From assembly GCA_964016885.1 (NCBI GenBank), contig OZ024740.1, forward strand, positions 84,382,001 through 84,446,000: a stretch of DNA of 64,000 nucleotides, written 5' to 3'. Under the pieces are notes generated by a model. It saw nothing but the letters and a program-made list of their open reading frames with translations. It had not been told where the DNA came from and searched no databases. Source of the DNA: Eledone cirrhosa. Its lineage: Eukaryota. This document shows, piece after piece, positions 22,580 through 34,360 of the stretch; within the stretch, counting starts at the first letter, position 1, and each line of letters begins with the position of its first letter. Made by a program: the position numbers and the translations under genes.

Positions 22580-25420
22580 TTATCTCTCTCTATCTCTCTC
22601 TCTCTCCCTCTCTCAGCGTGTCATCCAAATAATATTGTCCCGACTGACAAAATGGCAAATATGTTATCCCTCGCGATGGTGAAATAGATTTTCTTACGCA
22701 CCCAGTTCAGTTCGTGATGCTCGTCGTTATGAATAGTTCCCTTCAACCCAGTTAAAGTGAGTAGACTGCTGGTTCAGAGAGTATCCAGGGCGCTAGTTTT
22801 TTTTTTTCTATAACTATGGGTTCAAGAAGGAACTGCGACAGTTTGTTTTCATCAGATTATTAGCTTTCAGATACCTATTTTAGCTCGCTGCACATTACTA
22901 ATATGAAATGAAATGTGTCATCATAAGCAGTACAATGATTTTCTGTAGATCAGGGTAAGTGTAATGAAAAGTCTGGAAATAACTGAACAGTTGGCTTGAT
23001 AAAAATGTCAGATTTCTTTTTTTAATTTGACATGAAACGTGTTGATATCGGTAAATTTCATTTCTACCGCGTTCTCATGTTCTTGTTTTTATTTGGCTCA
23101 AATTAAAATCCTAAATACGGTTTATATCACTTATAATTATGCTATGTCTGGCTAATTTGCACTCACTAATTCTAGAATAGCTCAATGAGAAAAATCTAGG
23201 TGAACATATTTTGTGGTTAAAAGTGAGAGTTGAAATGTCAATCGATTTTAAGTTTATTGATTTCTTAGTTGAATACAATACTTTCAGAAAATGGAAAATG
23301 GTGGCGAAATATAGTTCATTTCTTACAAGACAATACGTGTTGGTAATTTTTTTAGTGGAATAAATGGTGGTGTAAAACTCTTTGAACTGAGCAAAATGAA
23401 GTGAAGCTGGGAATGAATACATAATAACAGATACGACTCCGTTCCTAACAAGAGACATTTCACTGAAATTTATGTTCCGTTGAAATTAAAACGTTAGTTC
23501 ACCAGAGTGCATTCATTGAGAATTTCGGATGCAAGAAAATAATTTTGATAATGAATAAGTTTTAGTACGCTATTGATTAAATATAAAAGTAGGAACAAAT
23601 TATAAGGAAAAACTATTTTAAAGTATTTTAAAAACAAACTCAATTCTACATTTATTGTGTATGATTAAAAGCTATGGATTAATGCAATACTCTCTGGTAA
23701 TCGACTTTCTAAGAGAATAAACCGCTTATTTTGTAAGATAAAGTATTTCTTGGTACTATTCTGTTAAGAATGATTACTGTTTTCTACTCTTAACTTTGTT
23801 AGTGGTAGGAATACTAAATTCCGTACCATTGGCATGATGAAAGATCTTCTAGATGAAAATAACATAGTGAATATAATGAAAATGTTTGGTATTATTTGTC
23901 AAAAATCTGTATGTAGTAGGGGAATCATGGGCACGAATGTTTGGTGTTTTAAATGCTTGTTGTTTTGAGGATAGCGGATTAGGCAAAGGATTTAGAGCAG
24001 GTGCTGGGTGGTGAGAAATATCTGGTGATTTCAGAAGTTTAGATTTAGCTGTATTGAGTAGTTTTCAAACTTGGTAGGGAAAGACAATTAACAATATCTT
24101 AAGCTCCTTAATAATTTAAGACGATGTGGTAGACTATTGATTGTTGTCTGTTGGCGAATGTGGGTATTTCTTTCTTCCACGTTTCTCCTTGATATGCTCC
24201 TGTGTAAATTATGTATACAGTTTACACTTTTGAGTATGTAGGGCAACATAGATGATTTGCGCCGTGTATACTATCCTGTATAGTGAATAAGTATTAAGGA
24301 GTGGATTGTATTTATGATATTTAAATGCTTAGTAGAGCAGCTGTTCAGTTTGGTGAAAAATAAAGTCCTATAAGAAAAGTGCAGCAGATTGTTATTTTGG
24401 TATGAAGTGCTTGGCTAAGGGGTTAGAGTGCTCGGCCTATGATAATAAGATGATATTTCCGGTTGCTCCAGCACACTCAAATGTTTAAAATGATATGTAC
24501 ATCTAATTCAAAGAAATAGGTTTGCCTATGTGTCATGGTGAATTTCTATGAGAACTGCTTTAAGGATACACGTGTTTGTGGAATTTGTAGTAGTAGTAGG
24601 GAGATGAAAATGATAATGAATAATTGGCAGAAGAATAGAACTAATATATAATATTGAAGAAGTCGAAAGACTAAGTAAAATTTAGAAGATGGTATAGATA
24701 TGAGGAAGTATCAAGTACTTCTAAACAAAATTACTTGGTGAAACTTCCTCTCTCCATTGCTTTAGTGGTCAATAGTGTGAAAATACACACACATGTACAC
24801 CAAGTCCGAACACAAAGGAGCCGAAGTGATAAAATTTGAATATGAGAACCATAAGAAGATTGTCTGACTGTCATTTTTAGGCATGACATGTATAGGAAAT
24901 GCTTTCTTTTGAGATGCAATTTTATGTGTAAATTAAATTTAGTGTTATAGATTTGTTTCCATGGCATGCACTTTTATTATTTTTGCCAAAATTCATTACG
25001 GTGTCAAGTATTATAGCTCCAACTCTTTGTTTCTCATCGTATGTTAAAAGAAAAACTAATTTTGTTATTTATATTTTTATATATGTTGTGGAATGTATAT
25101 GGTGTTCATATTTAGAATCTACTGTTCTACATATGGCATTATCTCCAAAGATTTTATTATATTAATGGAAAATGGCCACTGGGATAGTTTTCATGCATGT
25201 GTCAATATGACACAATCCATCATAGATATTTTCTTTTTCAAAATTCTTACATATAGGTATATATTTGAGATAAAATATTGTATTGCCATGATTTTATTTT
25301 CATGGTTTGGTTTTAGCCAAATGAAAAATATAGTTTACACATTAGGAAGTTTTAAATTTCTAAGGAGTTCAGGTTTTAACAATGTGCTACTTATTTGGAG
25401 AGCAAAGATATAAAGAAAAA

Positions 25421-25601
25421 TAATTGTTTCTACTTATAGTACAAGGCCAGCAATTACCCAGTGCATTACTGGTACTTTATTTTATCGACCCCGTAAGGAT
25501 GAAAGGCAAAGTTAACCTTGCCGGGATGTGAACTCACTCCGTAAAGGGACGTAACTGTGCTGCAAAGCATGGCATCCGACCCTCTACCGACGATACTGCC
25601 A
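25421..25601 (-). mobile_element. Octopod SINE
   Basis: Reverse-complement copy of the same consensus. Confidence 0.9.
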
Positions 25602-26250
25602 CGAAAAATAACGGTAGCCAAAATGTCGGTTTAAATGAGATATCTCATACAATGTCATGTGCTATGCAGTGTAAAATGTTGACTACCTCTAATTTTGCTA
25701 GATAGGATTTAGATTAAGTCTATTATAATTAAAGGCCACTAGCTGAGAAATTAGAGTATTCTTTGCCCCAATCTGATATTAACTAATTAAAGCTGCTGGG
25801 ATTTTTTCATGCTATCGTTGATAATGAATGTAGCTGATGAGACAGTATGTCAGACTACGTGGTATTTAAATAGGATATAGCATTTACTTTCCTTCTTTAG
25901 ATTATTTTTTCTTATTGCTGTGTAACCCCCCAAGTAAAAGGTGATGGAGAAATTTCGACTATATTGTCTACTATGGAGATATCCTATATATCGCTCTTGT
26001 TAAAACATGGCATGGGGTGATTTTGAAACATTTGAACATTTTTGTACGGTATTGTGAAAGCTGCATCAGTGTAGTATCACAGTGAGCTGAGTGTATTCGT
26101 AACTATTATATTAAACTGGACCGCCCGTGGCCCATTGGGTCACATGCACTTAAAAATATGTTTTTAAAATCATTTTTACTTTAGAATAATGTTTAAATAC
26201 TTAAAATATACACAGACATGTATATAATGTAAAATGAAATTGGAAGGCCC

Positions 26251-26288
<38 letters not shown>

Positions 26289-26374
26289 ATGCGTGTTTGT
26301 ATACATATGTATATAGGTGGGTGTCTATAACCTATATACACTGGTCACAGACAAACACGCATATATATATACAC

Positions 26375-26454
<80 letters not shown>

Positions 26455-26914
26455 GTTAGTATCAGTGCTCTGAAATAGCGATGTATGTATGAATGTATGT
26501 ATAGTATATTTGATAATATACAGTATGTTTATTTAAAAACATTTTGAAGACCATTCGCTATGAGTTTTAAAGTAGTGACTATGTCACTTACTATGTCTCG
26601 GCAAAAGCAAAGGGAAGCAACCGATAGCGGTTTCTCGTTTGTTAACGGTTATCAAGATTGCTTATCCCTCTTCTCTGCTTTATCAGCTCTTAAACATCAC
26701 TGAAATTCTATAAGAATCCTGCTTCGATAATTCTCGGCAGAAGCGGAGGCATAAGCAATCTTGATAACCATTAACAAACGAGAAACATCTGTCGGTTGAT
26801 TCCCTTTGGTTTTGCCGAGAGGTAGTAAGTGACATAGTCACTACTTCAAAACTCATAGCGAACTCATGTTTTTAAATAAACATACAGTATATTATCAAAT
26901 ATACTATACATACA

Positions 26915-26920
<6 letters not shown>
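26455..26920. mobile_element. Non-coding fold-back element made of two inverted pLTR-like arms, each with a hammerhead motif
   Basis: Arms 26488-26679 and 26737-26920 are reverse complements with scattered mismatches; TTGATAA..GAAA cores at 26617-26661 (-) and 26755-26799 (+); (TA)n on both flanks. Confidence 0.8.
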
Positions 26921-26996
<76 letters not shown>

Positions 26997-27205
26997 TTAA
27001 GTATCGAGAGAGAGAAGAAAATGGAAAGATGGGCGATACATATATTTAGTTGCCAATAGTTTATGCATATGTGCTCAATACTCGTGCCTACAGGGTTAAA
27101 TATTAGAGGCGTCAATATTTAGTGGGCGAGAAAAAATAAGCAGACCGATTATAAAGGAAATGAATACAAAGTGTTTAAAACCGTTAGAACATGTTTATAT
27201 AATAG

Positions 27206-27248
27206 TGCGCCTACGTACGTTTCGCCCGGAATGAACTTATCAAGGGCA
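27206..27248 (-). ncRNA. Minimal hammerhead with U3:A8 core (inverted pLTR copy)
   Basis: Exact reverse complement of 30643-30685. Confidence 0.72.
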
Positions 27249-27428
27249 TGGAAAGCAAAATAATGATCAATATAGGGCCCAGGAGGGAATTCGCGGTTAA
27301 ATTAACATCATCGTTCATTTTTCCCCTCTGTGCATGTGTTTTTATTATCACAGAGCAGGGGGAGTAACTCTGGCCGGTGTTCAAACAATCAGTCCCATGT
27401 GGATTTTTATACCTGTTTTGCCATTACG

Positions 27429-30256
27429 ATGGAGAATCAACCGTTACCCATGTCTCTCAAGTGTATCCCACTACCTAGCAGAGAAACATACATCAAGCAG
27501 CTTATAGACGCTACTAACTCGTTTATACGGAGAGTAAGATGGAAGGCCTACTGCCTCGATAAGGACAACTGCAACCGTCCAGAACCCATAGAGAGATACG
27601 GCTTTAAAACATACCGAAACCCAACGCACAACACCATGCTGGACCGCTTTGAGGAAGACCTGCTCAAACTGATCAAAAACATCAAGTTTAAGAGTAAACG
27701 CCAAGGCAGTAATCCATTCATAACATCCCTGGATGCACTCATTACCAGAATCAAGAAGGACCCACACCTCTTCGTTACCTCTGACAAAACTGTATAAGAT
27801 GGACGTGAGCAAGTACAAACATTTCATTTATAAGGAACTACATAAAAAGTATAAGAAAACACCAACTAGCACTTTAAATGACATAAATAGGGTAGGGAAG
27901 GATATAGTTACTAGCCTAGACATAGATAAGTACACCAACCCATATGTCCCTGTGACACCTAGATTCTCTCTTAAGGATCACAAATGTAACTTTAATGAAA
28001 ACCCTTCTATTAGACTTATATGCCCATCTACTTCGGATATAGGTAAAATTAGTAAAGTGATCCTAGATAGAGTAGTACTAGTACTTAATAATAAAGCCAA
28101 GGTCTGTCTCTGGAGTAGCACCGACCAGGTCATTAATTGGTTCACATAGTTACCTGATAAAACAACTCTCAAGTTCATACAGTTTGACATAGATGGCTAC
28201 TACGCATCGATCTCCACCATACTCCTAAATAAAGCGCTTATCCTAGCTAAGTCTAATACTAGCCTCACTAAGAAAGAGATAGATATTGTGCTCGCAGCGC
28301 GTAGAACTACTATCAAGTTCGATGGTTCCTACTGGACCAGAACCAACCGTCCTGATAACTTTGATATCACGATGGGGTCCAGCGACTCGGCGCAAGTAAC
28401 CGACCTGGTCGGGATATACCTCCTCCATAGAATTAGGGACGAGATACCGGGCGGGGCATATAGGGACGATGCCCTGTTTACCGTGCGATGCCCTGTATAC
28501 CGTGCGAAACCCCAGCCCCCGCAGGATAGAGAACCTTAACAAGCGTATACACAGATTATTTAAGACATATGGCCTATCAGTGACTATGGACCTCAACCAC
28601 CAAATAGTCAATTTCCTAGACGTAACCCTGGAGTTGAGTACGGGCCTATACAAGCCATACCATAAGCCCGGTGAGATCCTGTCCTATATAATCTATGATT
28701 CTAACGACCCTAAGTCTACTCTCAACTTCATAGTATATAGCATATCCCATAGGATCTCGAGGCTCTCCGCCAATGAAGATATCTTCAACCAAGCGGCCGA
28801 ATATTACAATAAGGCTTTACTAAATTCCGGTTTTAACCGGAAAATATCCTACATCCTTAACGCTAGCTCTAGAAACCAACCCCCAACATAGGACTAATGT
28901 TATAGTGAGCCATACCTATAACAGAGCACGCTACAACCATGACAGCGTCAAGAACTATAGTATAGAGAACCACACTAAGAAACTTGGCCACACCGTTAAT
29001 TACATGAGTGGCGACCAAGACAACCGACAGTATGGTAAGTGTTACCCGATTGGTAACGCCACCCGCTGCAGCATATTAGAATTATTCCCTAACTATAAGA
29101 CTAGCAACGGCGGCGGTCTATTACCAACACGCTCCAACCCGCGTCTAGCCACACATAAAAAGTACGGAGTTAAGGCGCCCCTACCTGAACATAAAGTAAT
29201 GGGGACGCATAACCGGCTACAGCACAGGAACAACCGTAAGTACTGTCAACTAGGAAGCACAACTGTAGCAAAACCACTGTAAAGCGGAAACGCCACCGTA
29301 ATATCATATGGTCCCCCCCCCCCTACTCTCAGAGTGTGGCCTCCGACGTACCGAGGATATTCTTCGAAGCCTTGGAGAGGAATTTCCCACCTAATCATAA
29401 ATACAGAAAAATACTTAACAGGAACAATATCAAAATATCCTTCTCTACCACCCCCAATCTAGCTGAAATCATAGGAGCAACTAATCACAGTAAGATCAAC
29501 AAAACACTACACCTTAGCACAGATACATCTAGACCTGACAACAACACTAATAACCTTAACATCCCCCTAACAGCACCAAATAAGGTTGACGGCCTCCCCG
29601 GCAGACGAAACCCACGTAACCAGGGCGTGATTGGAGAATATACCGGCGACACACACGCGTCACCCACCGGCAGCAGAACCGGCTGCGGCGTGCGTAATAA
29701 TAATGGTACAACACCGCACACCTTGAAAGATAACAGTACCAATGATAGAGTTAGAGACAGAGATAACAACATAGATAGAAATAGTAATAGCTTTACTTCA
29801 GGAACTAGGAACGACCGTGACGGAAAATGCAACTGTTGTGACAGGGGAGGCTGCACTCTCAGGGGAAACTGCCTGACTGATAAGGTTATTTATAGGTGCA
29901 CCGTAACTAGCCATAGCGGAGATAAACACTATATGGGAGCCACCTCTGGCCAGTTTAAAACGAGATTTGGAACGCATCTCCACTCTTTCAGAAACAAAAA
30001 ACTAAGGCACTCCACATCGCTTGCCAACTACGTCACCACATTGCAAGACGCCAACATAAGCTTCTCCACACACTGGGATATTGTCGGTAGGGCTGAACCC
30101 TACAACTTCAGTGGGAAATGCCAGCTCTGCCTCGTGGAGCTGTAACACATCATAAGAACACCCCCACGAGCTCATAAGCAGCCGAGAAGAATCAGTTATT
30201 AATTGTAAAAACCGGGTACAGGCGTCGTATTTTGCCTGGGAGGCGACTTTGACATG
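27429..30256 (+). pseudogene. PLE RT-GIY-YIG ORF with stops, frameshifts and long linkers
   Basis: SLKCIPLP..FIRRVRWKA, SDKT, LKDHK.NF..NPSIRLICP, QFDIDGYYASI, DITMGSSDSAQVTDLVG, GAYRDDAL, VNFLDVTL, NRNNIKISFSTTPN, CNCC..C.LRGNCL..VIYRCTV..YMGAT..FKTRF..H..SF, CQLCLVE. Confidence 0.92.
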
Positions 30257-30642
30257 AAAACTACGAACTGTTTCCCCCTGCCCGAACCATAATACCCCGG
30301 TGGGCAGGCAGTATGAACAAACATCTGTGAACCAAATGTACACCGCAGGCCGTACTCGAACAATCATTAGTGAAGCAACATCCACTAAATAATAAATGTA
30401 CACCCCAGACCCGACCTGTACTAGCACTAGTGAAACAACACACATAATATAAAGATGCTAAACACCAGTATATGACGGGTATAAAAATCCACATGGGACT
30501 AATTGTTTAAACACCGGCCAGGGTTACTCCACCTGCTCTGTGATAATAAAAACACATGCACAGAGGGGAAATTTAAACGATCATGTTAATTTAACCGTGA
30601 ATTCCCTCCTGGGTCCTATATTGATCATTATTTTGCTTTCCA

Positions 30643-30685
30643 TGCCCTTGATAAGTTCATTCCGGGCGAAACGTACGTAGGCGCA
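30643..30685 (+). ncRNA. Minimal hammerhead with U3:A8 core and palindromic stem III
   Basis: tgccc-TTGATAA-gttc-attcc-gggc-GAAA-cgtac-GTA^ggcgca; ACGUACGU palindrome. Confidence 0.72.
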
Positions 30686-30734
30686 CTATTATATAAACAT
30701 GTTCTAACGGTTTTAAACTCTTTGTATTCATTTC

Positions 30735-30778
<44 letters not shown>

Positions 30779-30784
<6 letters not shown>

Positions 30785-31016
30785 GGAATAGAATGAAACG
30801 AAATTTCATTTCTCACTCTTACTACGGCAGTTACTTAAATGTAAGTATGTATGTATACGTACATACATATATGTATACAGACGTACAGTAGTATGTATAT
30901 ATATACATACATGCACACATATATATGCACATATCGGTTTACCTACATACATACTTACATTTAAGTAACTGCCTTACTAAGAGAAATGAAATTTCGTTTC
31001 ATTCTATTCCATTTAT
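30779..31016. repeat. Fold-back inverted repeat (~75-bp arms, microsatellite spacer)
   Basis: aaatggaatagaatgaaacgaaatttcatttctc..ggcagttacttaaatgtaagtatgtatgta versus its reverse complement at about 30944-31016. Confidence 0.85.
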
Positions 31017-31376
31017 TGTTTTCGGTGCGCCCGGCCGACTAAACTCACTCGATATGCAAATTAGGCTGCTCAGCCGTTAATATGCATAAGGAAAGTATAT
31101 ACTTTCAGACGTTCAACCATCTGGCAGGAAGGTATACGATGCTGACGATAGCTAATAAGCTTGAAACTAGTACATCGTTCCTGTGTCAGTGTTGAGCAAA
31201 AAGGTGACGTGGTTGCCTAAACACTGTACGGCGTAATTCGGCCTGTTTGTTTGTTTACAAACAAACCAAGCATTATAATAAATGTTCGGTAAACCGATAC
31301 GTGCATATATATATGTGTGCATGTATGTATATATATACATACTACTGTATGTCTGTATACATATATGTATGTGCGT

Positions 31377-31448
<72 letters not shown>

Positions 31449-31453
<5 letters not shown>

Positions 31454-31640
31454 AACCAGTAAGACCCCGACAGCTGAGCTCAAGCCGTTTCGACGGCTAA
31501 TTCAGTCCAGAATTAGCCGTCGAAACGGCTTGAGCTCAGCTGTCGCGGTCTTACTGGTTCCTATTACCCACTCTACTACCCCAAGTATTGAGTACTTTGG
31601 TGCGTTATGGACCACCTGGTTCCTTACCACATTTCCTTCG
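31449..31640 (+). mobile_element. Hairpin-plus-tail element, copy 1 (55-bp arms, one mismatch, 6-nt loop)
   Basis: taggaaccagtaagaccccgacagctgagctcaagccgtttcgacggctaattc-agtcca-reverse complement, then tail tacccactctactaccccaagtattgagtactttgg; sits in (TA)n; homologues at 46670-46951 and 48374-48552. Confidence 0.8.
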
Positions 31641-31704
<64 letters not shown>

Positions 31705-31899
31705 ACAGATATACACACAAACTTAGAAACCCTTCCTATTTAGCAGGAGATATTTGGTATACACATCCTATCCTATCACAAGTTATAAGATTCACAGGGC
31801 TTAATAATATTCAGTCACCAAATTTTAGTTAGATACCGTAATTTTGTATTCGATTCTTTGAGGTCACCTGCTAAAATTTCATTCAACAACACCACCAGG

Positions 31900-31998
<99 letters not shown>

Positions 31999-33207
31999 TA
32001 TATATGCAAATCTCAATAATGTCCGGGTGACGTGAACAGATTCCCCCTTTGCATCTTTTTCATGTATACATTCCTTTTTCCAGTATCTTATTTTATTTTA
32101 TATTATTTTATTTTATTTTATTTGATGTACGTACACGCATTTTTATATATGTGCCTCCCACGTTATATGTGACTAGTACATGGCTAATACGTAGATACTG
32201 CATTTATGCATATTGTGTGTGCACTTTCAGCATAATATGGGTTGAGTCCAAGCCTCAAGAACGTTGCCTCATATAATGTTGTATGCGCCATGTGCACAGT
32301 TGCGCGTGTGTGTATTCATCAAGTATATGCTCTTTTTTTAGTATATGCTCTTTTTTGAGACGTATGGGCATGCATACACGCCTACAGGCATGTGTATGCA
32401 TGTCCGGGTGTATCTAATTGTATAACATGTCTGTGTAGGTGTATGCACATCTATGTGTAGATTCTACATTTTTTCATCTGTATATGTGCGCAGCGTCTTA
32501 AGTATATATGATTCACCGAGTACAGCGTCTTAAGTATATATGATTCACTGAGTACAGTGTGTGTGTGTGCATGGATATGCGCATACTTATCAAAGATACC
32601 TTTGAAATAACTTTTTTGAAGGGTTCTTCCAAGTATCCTTTTAAAGACGTTCTTTTTATAGGGTTTTCTTTTTGAACTGTGGGGTTTTTAATGTATTCTG
32701 AGAGTGTGTTTTTATGAAACATCTTTTTAAATGTTTTTTTTTAAATGTTTTTTTTAATGTTTTTTTTTTATTTTTTTTTAATGGTTTTTCTTTCTAAGTA
32801 TTCGCTACATATTTAATATTTAATGTTTACTGTGATTGTCGCATATAAGACAGTTGCGAGTGTGTATCTGATTTGTGTGGGTGTATAAGTGCCAATACCT
32901 AACACGCCTGCGCGACACATGGATATGTGTGTGGGAACCTACAGGCCGGCAGGCCTCAGACAAGACGCGACCGGTTCAATTATACAACCCCTTACCCCCT
33001 ACAGTAGTAGCTCCGATATAAGAAAAAACTTTGATTGACAGGTGGCAATGGAAAAGAACCAAATATACGACGGCCGTGAGTGGCCAAAAATACCGATGAC
33101 GTGTACAATTCTTGACCACTCATATAATGAAAACAACAGGATCTAAGCTGCCGAGTGAAAGCCGCGGGTGTAACTGGATATTTGGAAACTCTGCTTCGTA
33201 GAATCGA

Positions 33208-33301
33208 GACATATCTGAGGATCTTGCGATTTCAGAGTCGGGTTTTATCCGTGCATCGATCGTGCCTCGAGCTGGTCGCCAGAGAAACGATTGTAATATT
33301 C
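33208..33301 (+). ncRNA. Type I hammerhead-like motif with a long (~60 nt) stem II, near the end of a solo-pLTR-like segment (about 32000-33420)
   Basis: ga(c)atat-CTGAGGA-tct(t)gcga...tcgc(c)aga-GAAA-c-gatt-GTA^atattc. Confidence 0.68.
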
Positions 33302-34159
33302 TAATAAATCTTATTCGTCGCACCACTGATTATCCGTTTCTTATGTGATATTATACCCCTGCTCTGTAAGAGCATCGAGTGCTCAAACGGCTTACGGACG
33401 CTTTAAGCATCCCACACCAATTATATATATATATATATAATTTAAAACGAAAAATCAGTGATGCATCGGAACTCAATTTATTGTGTGTTACAATTGTTTC
33501 CTCGAATATTTATATGCGCAAAGCGGATGAAGGTGGACGATATAGGCTTTTAGGGCCAGAAAACCCCAGAAAGCCCAGTTCGCGCTAAAATCAATTTAAA
33601 CACTCACGTGACTTCTACCGACCAATCGAAATTGTTTTCACTACAAGAATTTTTGCAACACGAATTGGCGCGAAATTTATAGTGCTTATTCGACAACCAA
33701 CCAAACTTTAATACCTCCCAAGCCACTTTTTTCACATAAAACTGGAAGAATTTCCAAAACTGATCAGATTAGAGCAAAAATCACGAGCACTCTATCTCAA
33801 AATTATTTTTGAAAAGCGTAAGAAATGCGCAACCGGTAAAAACTTAAAACTAAAACTGAATACTAACTAATACTTATTACTAATTTATACTTATTCGTAA
33901 TTAAACTATTTCTCACTGGGAAAAATTTGTCAGCATTTTCTTTTCTTTTTTACTAATATATCACAACTCGTATGTCACACTTCTATTTTTTTAAATATAT
34001 ATATATATATATATCTTCCATTTTCCTTCTCTCTCTCTTTCTCTTTCCAGAGAATGGTTCTTTTGTCATTCTCTGGCACCTTTTCTGGTGAGTGTCTGTA
34101 CATCTTTTTTTCTGTTGGTGTTTTATAATGTTGGCATAACTTCTATTACATATAACTCT

Positions 34160-34360
34160 CTATTCTATTATGGCTATGAATATATCCTTTTTTTTAATAA
34201 AACTAGGCAGCCAGAGATAATATGGTTATTTTTTCTTCCCCACCTCAACATATTCTGCAATTACTGTATTCTGCTTCACTATGTCCTTCTGGTGGTTTCA
34301 GGTGAGGAGGCTTTTATCTTGTGCTGCAAATAGAAATCCTTCTGACTTGGCTTTCAGTCC
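34160..34360 (-). pseudogene. Decayed fragment of an R4/Dong-type LINE (CCHC region)
   Basis: LKAKSEGFLFAAQDKSLLT..NCRIC..HIISGCLVL..YIHSHNRI across frameshifts; parallels 54000-54210. Confidence 0.7.

Larger units (their letters stand above)
27060..30740 (+). mobile_element. Naiad-type Penelope-like element with inverted pLTRs
   Basis: 27151-27416 is the reverse complement of 30476-30740; encloses a decayed RT-GIY-YIG ORF. Confidence 0.9.

Noticed and set aside
20330-23460. Possible host exons (acceptor-like sites near 20460 (-), 21963 (-), 22617 (+); 115-aa ORF 23111-23458)
   Set aside because: Short frames, early stops and no recognisable protein; RNA-seq would be needed.
23880-24400. 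Very decayed LINE-like sequence on the minus strand
   Set aside because: Only compositional hints; no motif recovered.
29820-30256. Selenoprotein-type Naiad (UGA at conserved Cys positions)
   Set aside because: The endonuclease-region Cys motifs I checked in all four Naiad-type copies use TGT/TGC codons, and no SECIS quartet was recognised.
33515-33590. Possible hammerhead CGGATGA...GAAA
   Set aside because: Stems I and III do not pair in register.
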